Source: Geosiphon pyriformis uo1 (lineage: Eukaryota > Fungi > Glomeromycota). From it: a stretch of 64,000 nt of DNA. The notes under the pieces were generated by a model, which saw nothing but the letters and a program-made list of their open reading frames with translations, was not told the DNA's origin and did no database searches. This document shows positions 52,805-64,000 of the stretch, one piece after another. The position numbers and the translations under genes were made by a program. The stretch's first letter is position 1. The number at the start of each line of letters is the position of its first letter. Location: contig JAAOMT010000660.1 of the NCBI GenBank assembly GCA_016748015.1, positions 1-64,000 on the forward strand, in the 5' to 3' direction.

Positions 52805-54081
52805 ACTTCAAAGCGTAAGAAACGCAGGTCCTAAAGATTTAACAAAGCAGTCTTGCACATACGATGAAGGAATTTCTAACAGCAGAATGAAATCCGCAGA
52901 AAGACGACGATCGTGTTCTTCACTCGCAATCATTATCCCCACCATTTAAGGTGTTACAAACATGACAGATCATAAGGCGAGAAAAATTACGCAGAGACTG
53001 TCCCGAAAATGCTCTATTGAGCACATTACGCCAAAAACGAGGAGTTAGGATTCCCGTGTTGTTATCCAAAATAAGCTTATGGATCCATATCAAATTTTTA
53101 AAAATAGATTAGTGATCCAGATTTAGTCGAGATATTCTTTTTAAAAGGATAATAATGCTCTGATCCATACTGAAGATTGGATAAAACAAAAGATGATTTC
53201 AACACTTTGCAAGATAATCTTGAAAGAAAATTTTGTAAACGACGTTTCGTCCAAAATAATACAAGAATAGTCAAATAACTATATAAAATTGGTTGAAAAC
53301 ATACCAAAAAGAATGAGAAACGTATAAAAACAAAGAGAATCTAACATTTTTTGTTGAAAATATTATTTAAAAAATAATAATCTTGTAGCTCATATTTTTG
53401 CTAGGCTAGTAGTAAATGTATATGTCATCATAAATGAAAAATTCTCTTTGATAGAATAAGAGATTTTGAAGAATTGTAAATGAATAAACTACAACATAAA
53501 ATCAATTTTTTTATTAGGTTTAATATTATTAAACTAATTTCCTCCTCATTATTAAAAATGAATCATCAACTAATTTTCTAAAATGCTCTCTTATGAAGGA
53601 TTGGAATTGACTTTTTTTGTCAGAGCTCAATCTAAAAAAAATCGAAAACACTACTGAGTTTTATTATTGCCCCTAAACCCTTTTTGACCATTCAATTTGT
53701 TCATCAAAGATTCCTCATCCTATGGAGTTGACTTAAATTAGTTTCTATAACTTTATCACTATTTACAGTTTACATCAAATTCCCACGCGAATAATGCTCC
53801 CAATTAATGGGAAAGAATAATTATAACAAAATAACCCAATATTTAGACATTATCTAATCTGTGAAATATCAAGTCGTTATACTGAAATACCGAGAAAATA
53901 TTATCATTCGCTTTCTAAGATTAGATAAACAAAATCCCGACCGAAAAAAATTTTTTTTTCCCTCGTATAAAAAAGCTTGATGATTCTCTTCTTTGACTGA
54001 TTATAAAAAAATTCCTTCACATCTCATTTTTTTACGTATTTAAATCAAAAATTTTTTTCTATATCACTCAATATTATCAAA

Positions 54082-54312
54082 ATGAAAAAACGTCAAGCAC
54101 CAAACTTAGATCCACCTCCTTCAAAAAAACAACGTCAAACAAGTTCCACAAGTTTTTTTGAAGCGTATAACCCTCAGCAAACCACTTTCTTTGTAATTTT
54201 TACCTCTTTAGCAATTTTCGCCGTTTTCTTGAAAATGGCAATTGTCAATTCATCACCATTATTAGGAAATAAAAATACACAATTATTTGGACTAGGACCA
54301 TATTATTTTTAG
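54082..54312 (+). pseudogene. Leader-only remnant, or first exon, of a secreted protein gene
   Basis: MKKRQAPNLDPPPSKKQRQ, a hydrophobic stretch, VNS|SPLLGNK, then a stop. Upstream TATAAA. The layout resembles the lipase 1 N-terminus. Confidence 0.5.
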
Positions 54313-56444
54313 TGATTTGGGCATCATACAATGATTACCACCATTTAGGTAATCCCGCGATTTCGAATACCTGTTGGAAAATATTAATCAGTTGTTTGCT
54401 TAGTAATGCTTATCAAGTTCAAATAAATATCCCACCTTATTCTTTTCCCTCTTTTCTAGATAGTGATGAAAATCACGCTCGGGATCTTCCTTCAGGGCAT
54501 TGCTTGATGAATAGGCATTACATACTAATGCTTAGTATCACATGTTATCCCATGATACCTTTACCATCACGCGGTGATCTCCGAATTATAGACAAAATTC
54601 CTTGAAAATCGTCTTTCAAAATTCCTCATTAAAATGATAAAAATTTTTCTTGTATTTCAAATCAACGAGAAGAAATTAATAAGTTAAAGATATTTTAAAT
54701 TTAAATTTGTTACATGGAAGTTTTGTTACATGGAAGTTTTGTTACATGGAAGTTTTGTACCTAGGAAGGAAGGATACATTTTTTAATTTTCTAAATTTTG
54801 TTATTATTTGTCTTTTTGTTTGAGATGTAGTTTTTTTTTCGCATAAAATGTGATGGTCTTCAAAGTTTTTTTTTTGGCGTCATCCATTTGTAAACATGTG
54901 AATGGTAACATAAATTCTCCGACAGTTTTAAAATAATTATTAATTATTATACAAATAATCATCAAAATAAAAAATCAACAAATGTAGACTATAAAAAAAT
55001 TTATTTCAAACTTGAATATTATAAAAAAAAAAAGTACTAATTTTCCAAAATTTAAATATTGGGTTTTTAATTAAAAAATTTTATTATTACTATTTTTGTA
55101 AATGTTATAATTAAATTATCCAATATTCAAAAATAAATATTTATTAAAAAAAATACAAATTATTAAAAAACTAAAAAAAAATTTGAATTTTATTTTTTTT
55201 GCTATAAAATAATAATTTCAAGTTAATTAACTCTCAATTAATTTAAAATTAATCTGCTGTTCTTAAAATTAAACATAATATTATTACAATTAAAACATTA
55301 AAACTATTTAACTTTGAAAAAAACTTAATAATTAAACTTTTTAAAAAAAAATTTATTATTAAAATTGAATATCCTTAGACAGTTTAAAATCTTGTAAAAA
55401 AAATTGAATTATAATTTCAAATCATATAAAAATAATTAAAAATATTGTTTTAATAAATTTTAATTAATATAATACTTATTCATATAATTACAATAATTTT
55501 TTTTTTCTTTGTAATTTTATAATTGTAATTAAAATAAAGAGTAAAACAAAATAACTTTTATTTATTTTTAATATTGTTATCAATAAAGTATTTAAATTAA
55601 AATTAAAATTATTGAAATTAAATTTGTAAAATTTGTTTAATTTAGTAAAATTTTTGTAATTAAAAAGATTGAATTAATTTATAAATCAATAAAAAAAACT
55701 TATTTTTTAAATATTTGTGTTTTAAAAGTTAGTTTTAATTCTTATTAATTATAACAAATTGTATAATATATAGATTACAGCAAAAAAAATGATTCTTATA
55801 AAAAATATATATATATATATATATATGTAAACTTGTTAAATTTATTTTTTGTAATAAACTTTACATAATAAATTTTATTTAAAATTAAACAATTTAATTC
55901 AAAATTTTATATATTAAAAACAATTATTAGTATTATAGCTTGATCAATCAAATAATACAAACCCTGGAAGCTGTTAAAGGACAATATCCAAAAACATAAA
56001 GTCTTTCAGAGGTCTGTGGTCAAACTTAAATTTGCGCTAAAGGAGGAATGGGAGAAATTCGATACGTCTGTTCTCGAGCCTCAATGCCAAGGAGGATTGA
56101 AACAGTATTAGAGTCAAATAAAGGGAGATAAATTATAATTTTTTACTTGGTGTGTAAATTGCAAAAAATTAATTAAATCGAAAAAGTATCAAAATTTTTG
56201 TGTCTAATATTGAATAGGGGTATTGTACATATTTCTTGAATGGATTTTGTCAAAAGTTGATTTCGAAGCGGAAAAAATTGAATATTGCAAAAAATGAAGC
56301 TAAGGGGAGGTTAGAAATATTTTACAAGCAAAAAACTCTAATTATTTCAAATTCTAAAAATAAGAAAGATATATATATTTCTAATTTAAGATCTTTATCT
56401 TTTGGATAATTCGAAAGCTCTAAATTGTCAAAGCTTAGCTGGTT

Positions 56445-57141
56445 TTATCGCTTCTGGAATATTTTCTTCAAGGTTTCAAAAGCCTCCATAAATCCTTGAT
56501 CTGTGGATTTTCGTAGCAAACTAATTGCTTTATGCAAATCACGGTCTGTTCCCACTGCTTTTCGATAATTTCTCGCAAGTGCCCATTGTCCTGCAAAATG
56601 GCTGCTTTCAGCCGATTGTTTTGCCCAATAAAATCCTTGTTTCGCATTCTGCTTTAACCAATCGCTTATAAGATGTTTTTAGAATTTATTTTAGTATCTT
56701 GATTCAGCATAAAATATTGATTAATTCCAAGATGGTTTTGGTATACCCATAATTCTTCCCTAAGAAATACCCCACCGCAGCTTGAGCAAGTGCAATACCC
56801 TGAGCTGCCGCTTTCAACTGCCAATGAAAGGATTCTTTGTCATCATTTTCAATTTCATCCGCATAACAAAATTGGCCGATAGGGTCACCAAGTTCGGCGG
56901 CTTTTCGAAAAGATTTTTTCGCAAAATCTTTGTTGATTTCTGTACCGATTCCATATTCATAACAAAGACCAAGCAAACTATAATCTCTCGGAATGTGTTG
57001 TTCACTTTTTACGTCGTTAAAAAATTTTTGGGCGTTCCCTTCGAGACATCTTGTGATTTCCTCTGGGATGTTGTCTATCTTTTGTGGATCTGACAAGGCG
57101 TTTTCGACTGTTTTCCAAAATAAATCTTTCATGTTTGACAT
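56445..57141 (-). CDS. Sel1-like repeat protein (about 204 aa)
   Basis: Exons 57141-56747 and 56664-56445. Motifs LGLCYEYGIGTEIN...KAAELGD, KAAAQGIALAQAAVG, GFYWAKQSAE...GQWALARNYRKAVGTDRDLHKAI. Confidence 0.9.
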
Positions 57142-57816
57142 TTTTCAGAGTAAAAGGATCAGTTTTTGGATTTCTGATTATTCATGAAACTCTTAAAAAA
57201 AAGGTATGTTGTAATACTTGAATGCCCATGATGTGGATATACAGCCAATTATAATGGGCATTGTTTCATTCCATTCCTGTTTCAGGCATCAATTCAATTG
57301 CTTAACATGGGGGATATCGTGATATCATAAATTTGAACTTTTGAAAAGTCTGGAAACAATTCTTTTTCAAATTATAATTTTTTGGCTCGAATTTTGCGAA
57401 TTCAACAAAATTACAAATGAAAAACAGTTCACAACCTTTATTCTTGAAAGATTAAGACCTTCAACTCTTGAGGATTCAATAATATCGAGAATTATAAAAA
57501 TACAACATAAATAGTCCTAATGCTTTTTTTAAAACAGGTTGACTGATATGGCTTTAGGGACAACTATTATCAAAAAAATTAACGGGTTTGTCGCAGCAAG
57601 ATTTAAATATTACAATTATTGGATAAGCCAAAAAGTTTAACTTGTTCTTGAGGAATTTGAAATTTGTTTTCCATCGAGAATTATATCGTTAAACTGATTA
57701 CATCTTCTAAATTCACATTACTTTAGTACTCCTCTTAAGGGGACTTCGAGATTGGGAGAGAAGAATAATGGAGGAGTCGTTACCTAGAGACAATTTCTGA
57801 AAACCAATAGCTTGGT

Positions 57817-60282
57817 TCATGCTCTCTTCATCTTGTGATCGTTGAAATATTCAGAGGATCCCATGTCACCGTTAAGAGTTGATTTTTCACTGTTGAAAGC
57901 CAATTTTTCATCTTGAGCAAGTGGCTGAGCACCATTAAGATGTTCTTGGTTCCATTCTTGTCCATTGAAGGCAACTTTATCACCCTTAAGAATTTGCTCA
58001 GATGCAATGCGAGGCTCAGGAATATATGATCGTTCGGTGAAGCCTAATTTTCCATCTTTAATGACTGGCTGACGAGCAAAACCTTGCTCTTGAGTCCATG
58101 CTGGTTCGTTGAAGGCTAAATGTTCACCTTTGTGAGTTTGTTGATCGTACGAAGCGAAACGAGGCTCCTGAGTCCATTCTTTTCCATTGAAAGCCAAATT
58201 TTCACCTCTCAGCATTTCTTGACCATGAGAAGCGAGACGTGGTTGTTGGTTCCATTCTTGTCCATTGAAGGCAACTTTATCACCCTTAAGAATTTGCTCA
58301 GAGGCAATGCGAGGCTCAGGAATATATGATCGTTCGGTGAAGCCTAATTTTCCATCTTTAATAACTGGCTGACGAGCAAAACCTTGCTCTTGAGTCCATG
58401 CTGGNNNNNNNNNNNNNNNNNNNNNNNNNNNNNNNNNNNNNNNNNNNNNNNNNNNNNNNNNNNNNNNNNNNNNNNNNNNNNNNNNNNNNNNNNNNNNNNN
58501 NNNNNNNNNNNNNNNNNNNNNNNNNNNNNNNNNNNNNNNNNNNNNNNNNNNNNNNNNNNNNNNNNNNNNNNNNNNNNNNNNNNNNNNNNNNNNNNNNNNN
58601 NNNNNNNNNNNNNNNNNNNNNNNNNNNNNNNNNNNNNNNNNNNNNNNNNNNNNNNNNNNNNNNNNNNNNNNNNNNNNNNNNNNNNNNNNNNNNNNNNNNN
58701 NNNNNNNNNNNNNNNNNNNNNNNNNNNNNNNNNNNNNNNNNNNNNNNNNNNNNNNNNNNNNNNNNNNNNNNNNNNNNNNNNNNNNNNNNNNNNNNNNNNN
58801 NNNNNNNNNNNNNNNNNNNNNNNNNNNNNNNNNNNNNNNNNNNNNNNNNNNNNNNNNNNNNNNNNNNNNNNNNNNNNNNNNNNNNNNNNNNNNNNNNNNN
58901 NNNNNNNNNNNNNNNNNNNNNNNNNNNNNNNNNNNNNNNNNNNNNNNNNNNNNNNNNNNNNNNNNNNNNNNNNNNNNNNNNNNNNNNNNNNNNNNNNNNN
59001 NNNNNNNNNNNNNNNNNNNNNNNNNNNNNNNNNNNNNNNNNNNNNNNNNNNNNNNNNNNNNNNNNNNNNNNNNNNNNNNNNNNNNNNNNNNNNNNNNNNN
59101 NNNNNNNNNNNNNNNNNNNNNNNNNNNNNNNNNNNNNNNNNNNNNNNNNNNNNNNNNNNNNNNNNNNNNNNNNNNNNNNNNNNNNNNNNNNNNNNNNNNN
59201 NNNNNNNNNNNNNNNNNNNNNNNNNNNNNNNNNNNNNNNNNNNNNNNNNNNNNNNNNNNNNNNNNNNNNNCGGTGAAGCCTAATTTTCCATCTTTAATGA
59301 CTGGCTGACGAGCAAAACCTTGCTCTTGAGTCCATGCTGGCTCGTTGAAGGCTAAATGTTCACCTTCGTGAGTTTGTTGATCGTACGAAGCGAAACGAGG
59401 CTCCTGAGTCCATTCTTTTCCATTGAAAGCCAAATTTTCACCTCTCAGCATTTCTTGACCATGAGAAGCGAAACGTGGTTCTTGGTTCCATTCTTGTCCA
59501 TTGAAGGCAACTTTATCACCCTTGAGAATTTGCTCAGAGGCAATGCGAGGCTCAGGAATATATGATCGTTCGGTGAAGCCTAATTTTCCATCTTTAATAA
59601 CTGGCTGACGAGCAAAACCTTGCTCTTGAGTCCATGCTGGCTCGTTGAAGGCTAAATGTTCACCTTTGTGAGTTTGTTGATCGTACGAAGCGAAACGAGG
59701 CTCCTGATTCCATTCTCGTTGATTGTCACCCTTGCGAATTGGTTGTCCATAAGTATCAAGGCCTGACTGAGGAATGTAGGATCTTTCAGTAAAACTTGGT
59801 TTTCCATCTTCAATTGGCTGACGAGCAAAGCGTTGCTCTTGGGTCCATGCTGGTTCATTGAAAGCTAAGGAGGTTTGATGTCCAATGGGTTCACCACTAA
59901 CTTTGCTATATGCGAATTTACCAAGTTGTTGTTCATCGTGACGAGGCATTGAAGCATAGTTACCATTCCAGACTGTAGGCTTGCTAGCAGTCAATATAGT
60001 CTCACTTTTCATATTTCCGTACGTATTTGAAGCTTGTTGACTCCAGTTCTCTTTTTCATTGCCCAAAGAATTTTTTCCAAATTGATCAATAGGGCTCTCT
60101 TTGCTGTACGCATATTTGTTGAGTCTTTGGTCATAGAGAGAAGCAACTGGAAGTTGATTTTCACCGATCCATTGACTGTGGGCAACACCGGGCATCCTCT
60201 CGAGCGGTGCAGCTTTAATACAGGCCATGGCGGCAAAAAAATATAAGAGAATGGTTTGCTTGGAAGCACGTTTGCCTTTCAT
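57817..60282 (-). CDS. Secreted tandem-repeat protein with 300-bp (100-aa) super-repeats; the centre lies in an N-gap
   Basis: Signal IKA|APLER. Identical anchors are 300 bp apart (58104/58404 and 59340/59640). The gap at 58405-59270 makes the true length unknown. Confidence 0.88.
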   Translation of the reverse strand: MKGKRASKQTILLYFFAAMACIKAAPLERMPGVAHSQWIGENQLPVASLYDQRLNKYAYSKESPIDQFGKNSLGNEKENWSQQASNTYGNMKSETILTASKPTVWNGNYASMPRHDEQQLGKFAYSKVSGEPIGHQTSLAFNEPAWTQEQRFARQPIEDGKPSFTERSYIPQSGLDTYGQPIRKGDNQREWNQEPRFASYDQQTHKGEHLAFNEPAWTQEQGFARQPVIKDGKLGFTERSYIPEPRIASEQILKGDKVAFNGQEWNQEPRFASHGQEMLRGENLAFNGKEWTQEPRFASYDQQTHEGEHLAFNEPAWTQEQGFARQPVIKDGKLGFTXXXXXXXXXXXXXXXXXXXXXXXXXXXXXXXXXXXXXXXXXXXXXXXXXXXXXXXXXXXXXXXXXXXXXXXXXXXXXXXXXXXXXXXXXXXXXXXXXXXXXXXXXXXXXXXXXXXXXXXXXXXXXXXXXXXXXXXXXXXXXXXXXXXXXXXXXXXXXXXXXXXXXXXXXXXXXXXXXXXXXXXXXXXXXXXXXXXXXXXXXXXXXXXXXXXXXXXXXXXXXXXXXXXXXXXXXXXXXXXXXXXXXXXXXXXXXXXXXXXXXXXXXXXXXXXXXXXXXXXXXXXXXXXXXPAWTQEQGFARQPVIKDGKLGFTERSYIPEPRIASEQILKGDKVAFNGQEWNQQPRLASHGQEMLRGENLAFNGKEWTQEPRFASYDQQTHKGEHLAFNEPAWTQEQGFARQPVIKDGKLGFTERSYIPEPRIASEQILKGDKVAFNGQEWNQEHLNGAQPLAQDEKLAFNSEKSTLNGDMGSSEYFNDHKMKRA

Positions 60283-60967
60283 TTTTGCAATAGTATTTTT
60301 TTTAAAAGAGAAAACGATTTATTATTATTTCGAATTGAAGAAATATTGGAGAAATTTCACTTATCGATGCTAAAACAAAGTAAGGCTACCTCCATTTTAT
60401 AACTATTTTTACAAAGCATTTTTTAACAATTTTTTTGTTTCATTAATTGATTTTCCTGTTTCAAAACTACGCTAAACATTCAACGCGAAGCAAAAGATAA
60501 GAAAGAGCATATTTCACCTCTTTTTTTTTATTAGGAATCTATACAAAGGGAGAAATGATTTTTGGAAGTTTGTTCGAAAGATAGTTGAGTTATGAAAGAC
60601 AAAACGTTCGCGCTCTCAACAAAAAAACAACTGTAGCTCGAAAAGTCCAATCTTATCATATGAAATTTTGGTCAATTCGCGTCAATTTCATACACACATT
60701 GAGGCACGCGATATTCTCATACATAGGCCTCCTAGAATCATAGTGCAAACATTCCATGGCTGGACTCATGAAATTCTTATGAAGCTTAGTCGACCAGGGT
60801 TCGATGATGATCATGAGAAATAAATAAACATGTCCCTGCGTTCAAGTCAAATTCTTGGAGAATTCTGTTTTTATGATGATTTCAGAATTACTAAACCAAA
60901 CAGCCGCCAGCGGGAGAGTGTATTTAGACCAAAAAACTTTGAAATGACGCTCGGATAATTCCGTGTC

Positions 60968-61007
<40 letters not shown>

Positions 61008-63359
61008 TAAAGAGAGAATCAATTCAATTATGATTGTAGAATTTTCTGACTATCTACTACTTACAGTATAGAAAGTCATGTGAACGATGTATTTCAAAGT
61101 TTAAATTTCATAGTGATAGAAATCTTACAACTTCAAATTAGCTGAGAAAGGCTGAAATTCGAAAAGAAGATCCATAAGATTAAATAAGTATTATCTCAAA
61201 AATTATCCCACGAAAAGTTTTTTTGAATTCTTTGAAACTGATTAAATATTCACATGGGAGATTTCAAGATTTTTCGTCAATTAAAAACTCCATTTTTTCG
61301 ATCTGTCTAAACTAATGAAGTGAATACCGTTGCCATGAATGGTTAAAATTCATCTAAGAGGGAATGTAAATTTTGTGAAAAAAAAAACCCCCCATTCTCT
61401 ACATTTTGTTGATGAATATGACTAAGTTGGGATAACTTTATGATTTTTTTGTTGATATATTTCGAAACACTTTTGAACCGAATTAAATTCGCACAAAAAT
61501 TTTGGAAATAAATTTTTTTAAATTGTTTCAAAACTGAGTTTCAAGGATTTTCAAAATTTTATTAAATGAACAAATTTTGGTGATGAAATTCTTCATGAAA
61601 AAATATGAAACTTTATTAAATATTTTGATAAAGTATCTAACGAATAAAACTACTATTAGGAAAAAAGTGTCCATGTTTATTTATTTACCGCTAATTTACA
61701 CGTTATTAAAAAAGAAAAGAAAAAACAAGGTTTAGATATTTTTTGATAAACCCATAAAAACCAATTTGATTTGAATTAGAATCGACATCAAAAGTTTTTT
61801 TCCATTATATCAACTTTAATTTTTAAAGATTGATAAACTTTTAAATTCTTGATTGGTGATAAAAATTATGGCATTTAGAATTTTTAAGCCTATTGACTGA
61901 ATTTCCCATTATTTTTAAATTGCTCCACTATTTTATTTTTAAATACGAAACGTCCACATAATTGCTTTACTCCGTTTTAAGGCCACCTCAGAAATGCAAA
62001 GTTTCCAAATTATTTTAAAATGTTATGTGTGTGTTATACCTAATTATAAATGAATTAAAACCAACCAAAGAATTTTAGTTTGTCCAAACTTTCTTTAAAA
62101 AATTACCCACAGATTTCGCTGATGTTTATCTGAAATTTCTAAATAAAAAATAATACTTATTTTTTCTCGAAAAATTTTATTAAAAAATAAAAATAAAAAG
62201 TAGGATGAATTTTTCAGGGGCAAATCGATAAATTTTAAAGCATACAAGGGTTGTTTGCTTTCAATTTATATGTTTTTGGATGAGTCTCAAGATGTTTTTT
62301 CAAAATGTGTGATCTTGATATTCAAAATGTCCAGATCGGATCTCCAAAATTTTAACAAGAACCAAAAATTGTTAGAACTGAATATTTCCATCTTTGAACA
62401 GCCCAAACTTTTGTTTTCTGTTTTAGCATAAAATGTGACTTCCAAAATATCCCTAAAATATAAATATTAGGAAGTTAAAAATCCTTGTGATTCTTCGATT
62501 GTTTCCCCTAACAACATTCTGAGAAACTGAAGACAAGGTATTTCAAGGGAATTTGAGAAATTTATTTTCATTATATAAGGTTTTGCGTAATTCTCTGGGA
62601 AATTTTCATTTTTAAGATTGATAGATATAAATATGAAAACTCAAAGTACTTTATGATAAGTTGAGAAGAGTGAGATAAAATGAAAATTGATTTCAAAAAT
62701 CATTGATTGCATCAATTTTGATGATTAAATTTTTTGAATATAAATTATATATAATAAGGCAGCTGTGAGTAATGTTTCCTTAAATGTAATAGATTTTTAC
62801 GTTCAATAAAGCTTGTTTCAAAGATACTAAAAATTTTCATAGCTTTTGAAGTTCTTAAAAATAAAAGTATGATGAATAGTATTCATTTCAAACTTGTTAT
62901 AGATGTATATCGAATTGGGAAGTAAATCTTTCTAACAGTATCAACGGTAAAACTAATAAAAAAATTCTAGTGTCAAAAAATTGATATTCATTTAGGAAAA
63001 AACTATTCAAAAAAGTATGCAATTTTGTGAAAACTAAAGGTTTTATTTTTGACAATAGTATTAGTATTGAACCTTATAAAAATATGAAGATTTTGTGAAA
63101 TTTTCTATATGAACATTTAAGCACAATGTAAAATACAACATTTTATATACTAATAACTTTTTGAATTAATAATAAAATACTTATTTTTAAGAGATTATAT
63201 TTTATTATCAATTTGGAATACCAAATAAAAAAACATTATTAAAGTATTAAAACTCTAAAATTTCAGAACTTTATAAAATTTAAATTTAAACCATTTTTGC
63301 TTATTAACAATAAAGTTTAAATAAATTTTTATCCACATTTTTGTAATTATAATTAATAA

Positions 63360-63397
<38 letters not shown>

Positions 63398-64000
63398 TTT
63401 GATTAACTATTTCTTATTAAAATAAGTTGAAATATTCATTTTTCTCTTTAAACTAAAAATAAAAATTAACTTAAATAATCAAAATTTTTTTAAATATTTC
63501 AATATTTCTATGGTTAATTACAATTTAATATTATGTTCAAATATTTTTAAACATATTTGGTTTTAAATTAATTCTTTTCATAAGCATTACACCATATTGT
63601 GACATTCCACCTTACAACTTTGTATAGGTTGCAACAATCTAATTAAGATGTGTTATTTTTATTTTAGTCTAAAATAATTTTAGTAAAACTATTCAAAACG
63701 GATCACTTTCAATTAATTTGCTTTTAAATTGAGTTTATGTTCTTTTTATATGATATTATATGAATAACTTTCATTGCCTCTTTTAATGAAGACGAAATGT
63801 TTAAACAAAATGAAACCAATTATTTCAGATTTTGTCTTCAACAAGGTAGAGTAACAGAAATTTTCATAAAGCCTAAGGATATCCTTTTTTGTATTAAAAT
63901 TTGGGATTGGATTATATCATAATTCTCGATAACTTTCTCTATATAAAGTTGGGCGTTCAGATTTTCTTTCTTAATTTTTTATGCGTAAATAGGGAAAACA

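Noticed and set aside
39312-57141. Dikaritin-type RiPP cluster with tailoring enzymes
   Set aside because: No DUF3328/UstYa, tyrosinase, methyltransferase or transporter gene is visible in the window.
60300-64000. Possible genes in the last 3.7 kb
   Set aside because: No credible ORF or exon chain was found, so it is treated as intergenic or upstream sequence.

Overview
This is AT-rich eukaryotic DNA with GT-AG introns and many scaffold N-gaps. It is almost certainly fungal, and the style suggests an early-diverging fungus such as Mucoromycota/Glomeromycotina (inference). It has no housekeeping genes and behaves as a secretome island. Contents: (1) four intact 4-exon class-3 lipase-fold genes plus one relic, where all four intact copies have the nucleophile-elbow Ser replaced by Asp or Asn (G-x-[D/N]-S-G-G instead of G-H-S-L-G-G); (2) a Kex2-type repeat precursor with 11 KR-H sites, predicted to release His/Met-rich peptides; (3) a GPI-type cupredoxin with a complete type-1 copper ligand set; (4) a secreted protein built of 100-aa super-repeats; (5) several orphan low-complexity secreted proteins that share a K/R-Q leader and a recurring (E-P-x)-hydrophobic-A/S-F motif; (6) one Sel1-repeat gene. 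Positions 1-33 kb also hold a multi-copy composite repeat made of fragments of neighbouring genes plus a 51/41-bp minisatellite, a decayed His-repeat/DPBB (loosenin-like) locus and a broken Tc1 (DD34E) transposon. A perfect Nextera/Tn5 mosaic end at 29993-30011 marks a chimeric assembly join, so copy number and order in the repeat zone are unreliable. Exon coordinates were worked out by hand and no database searches were run.
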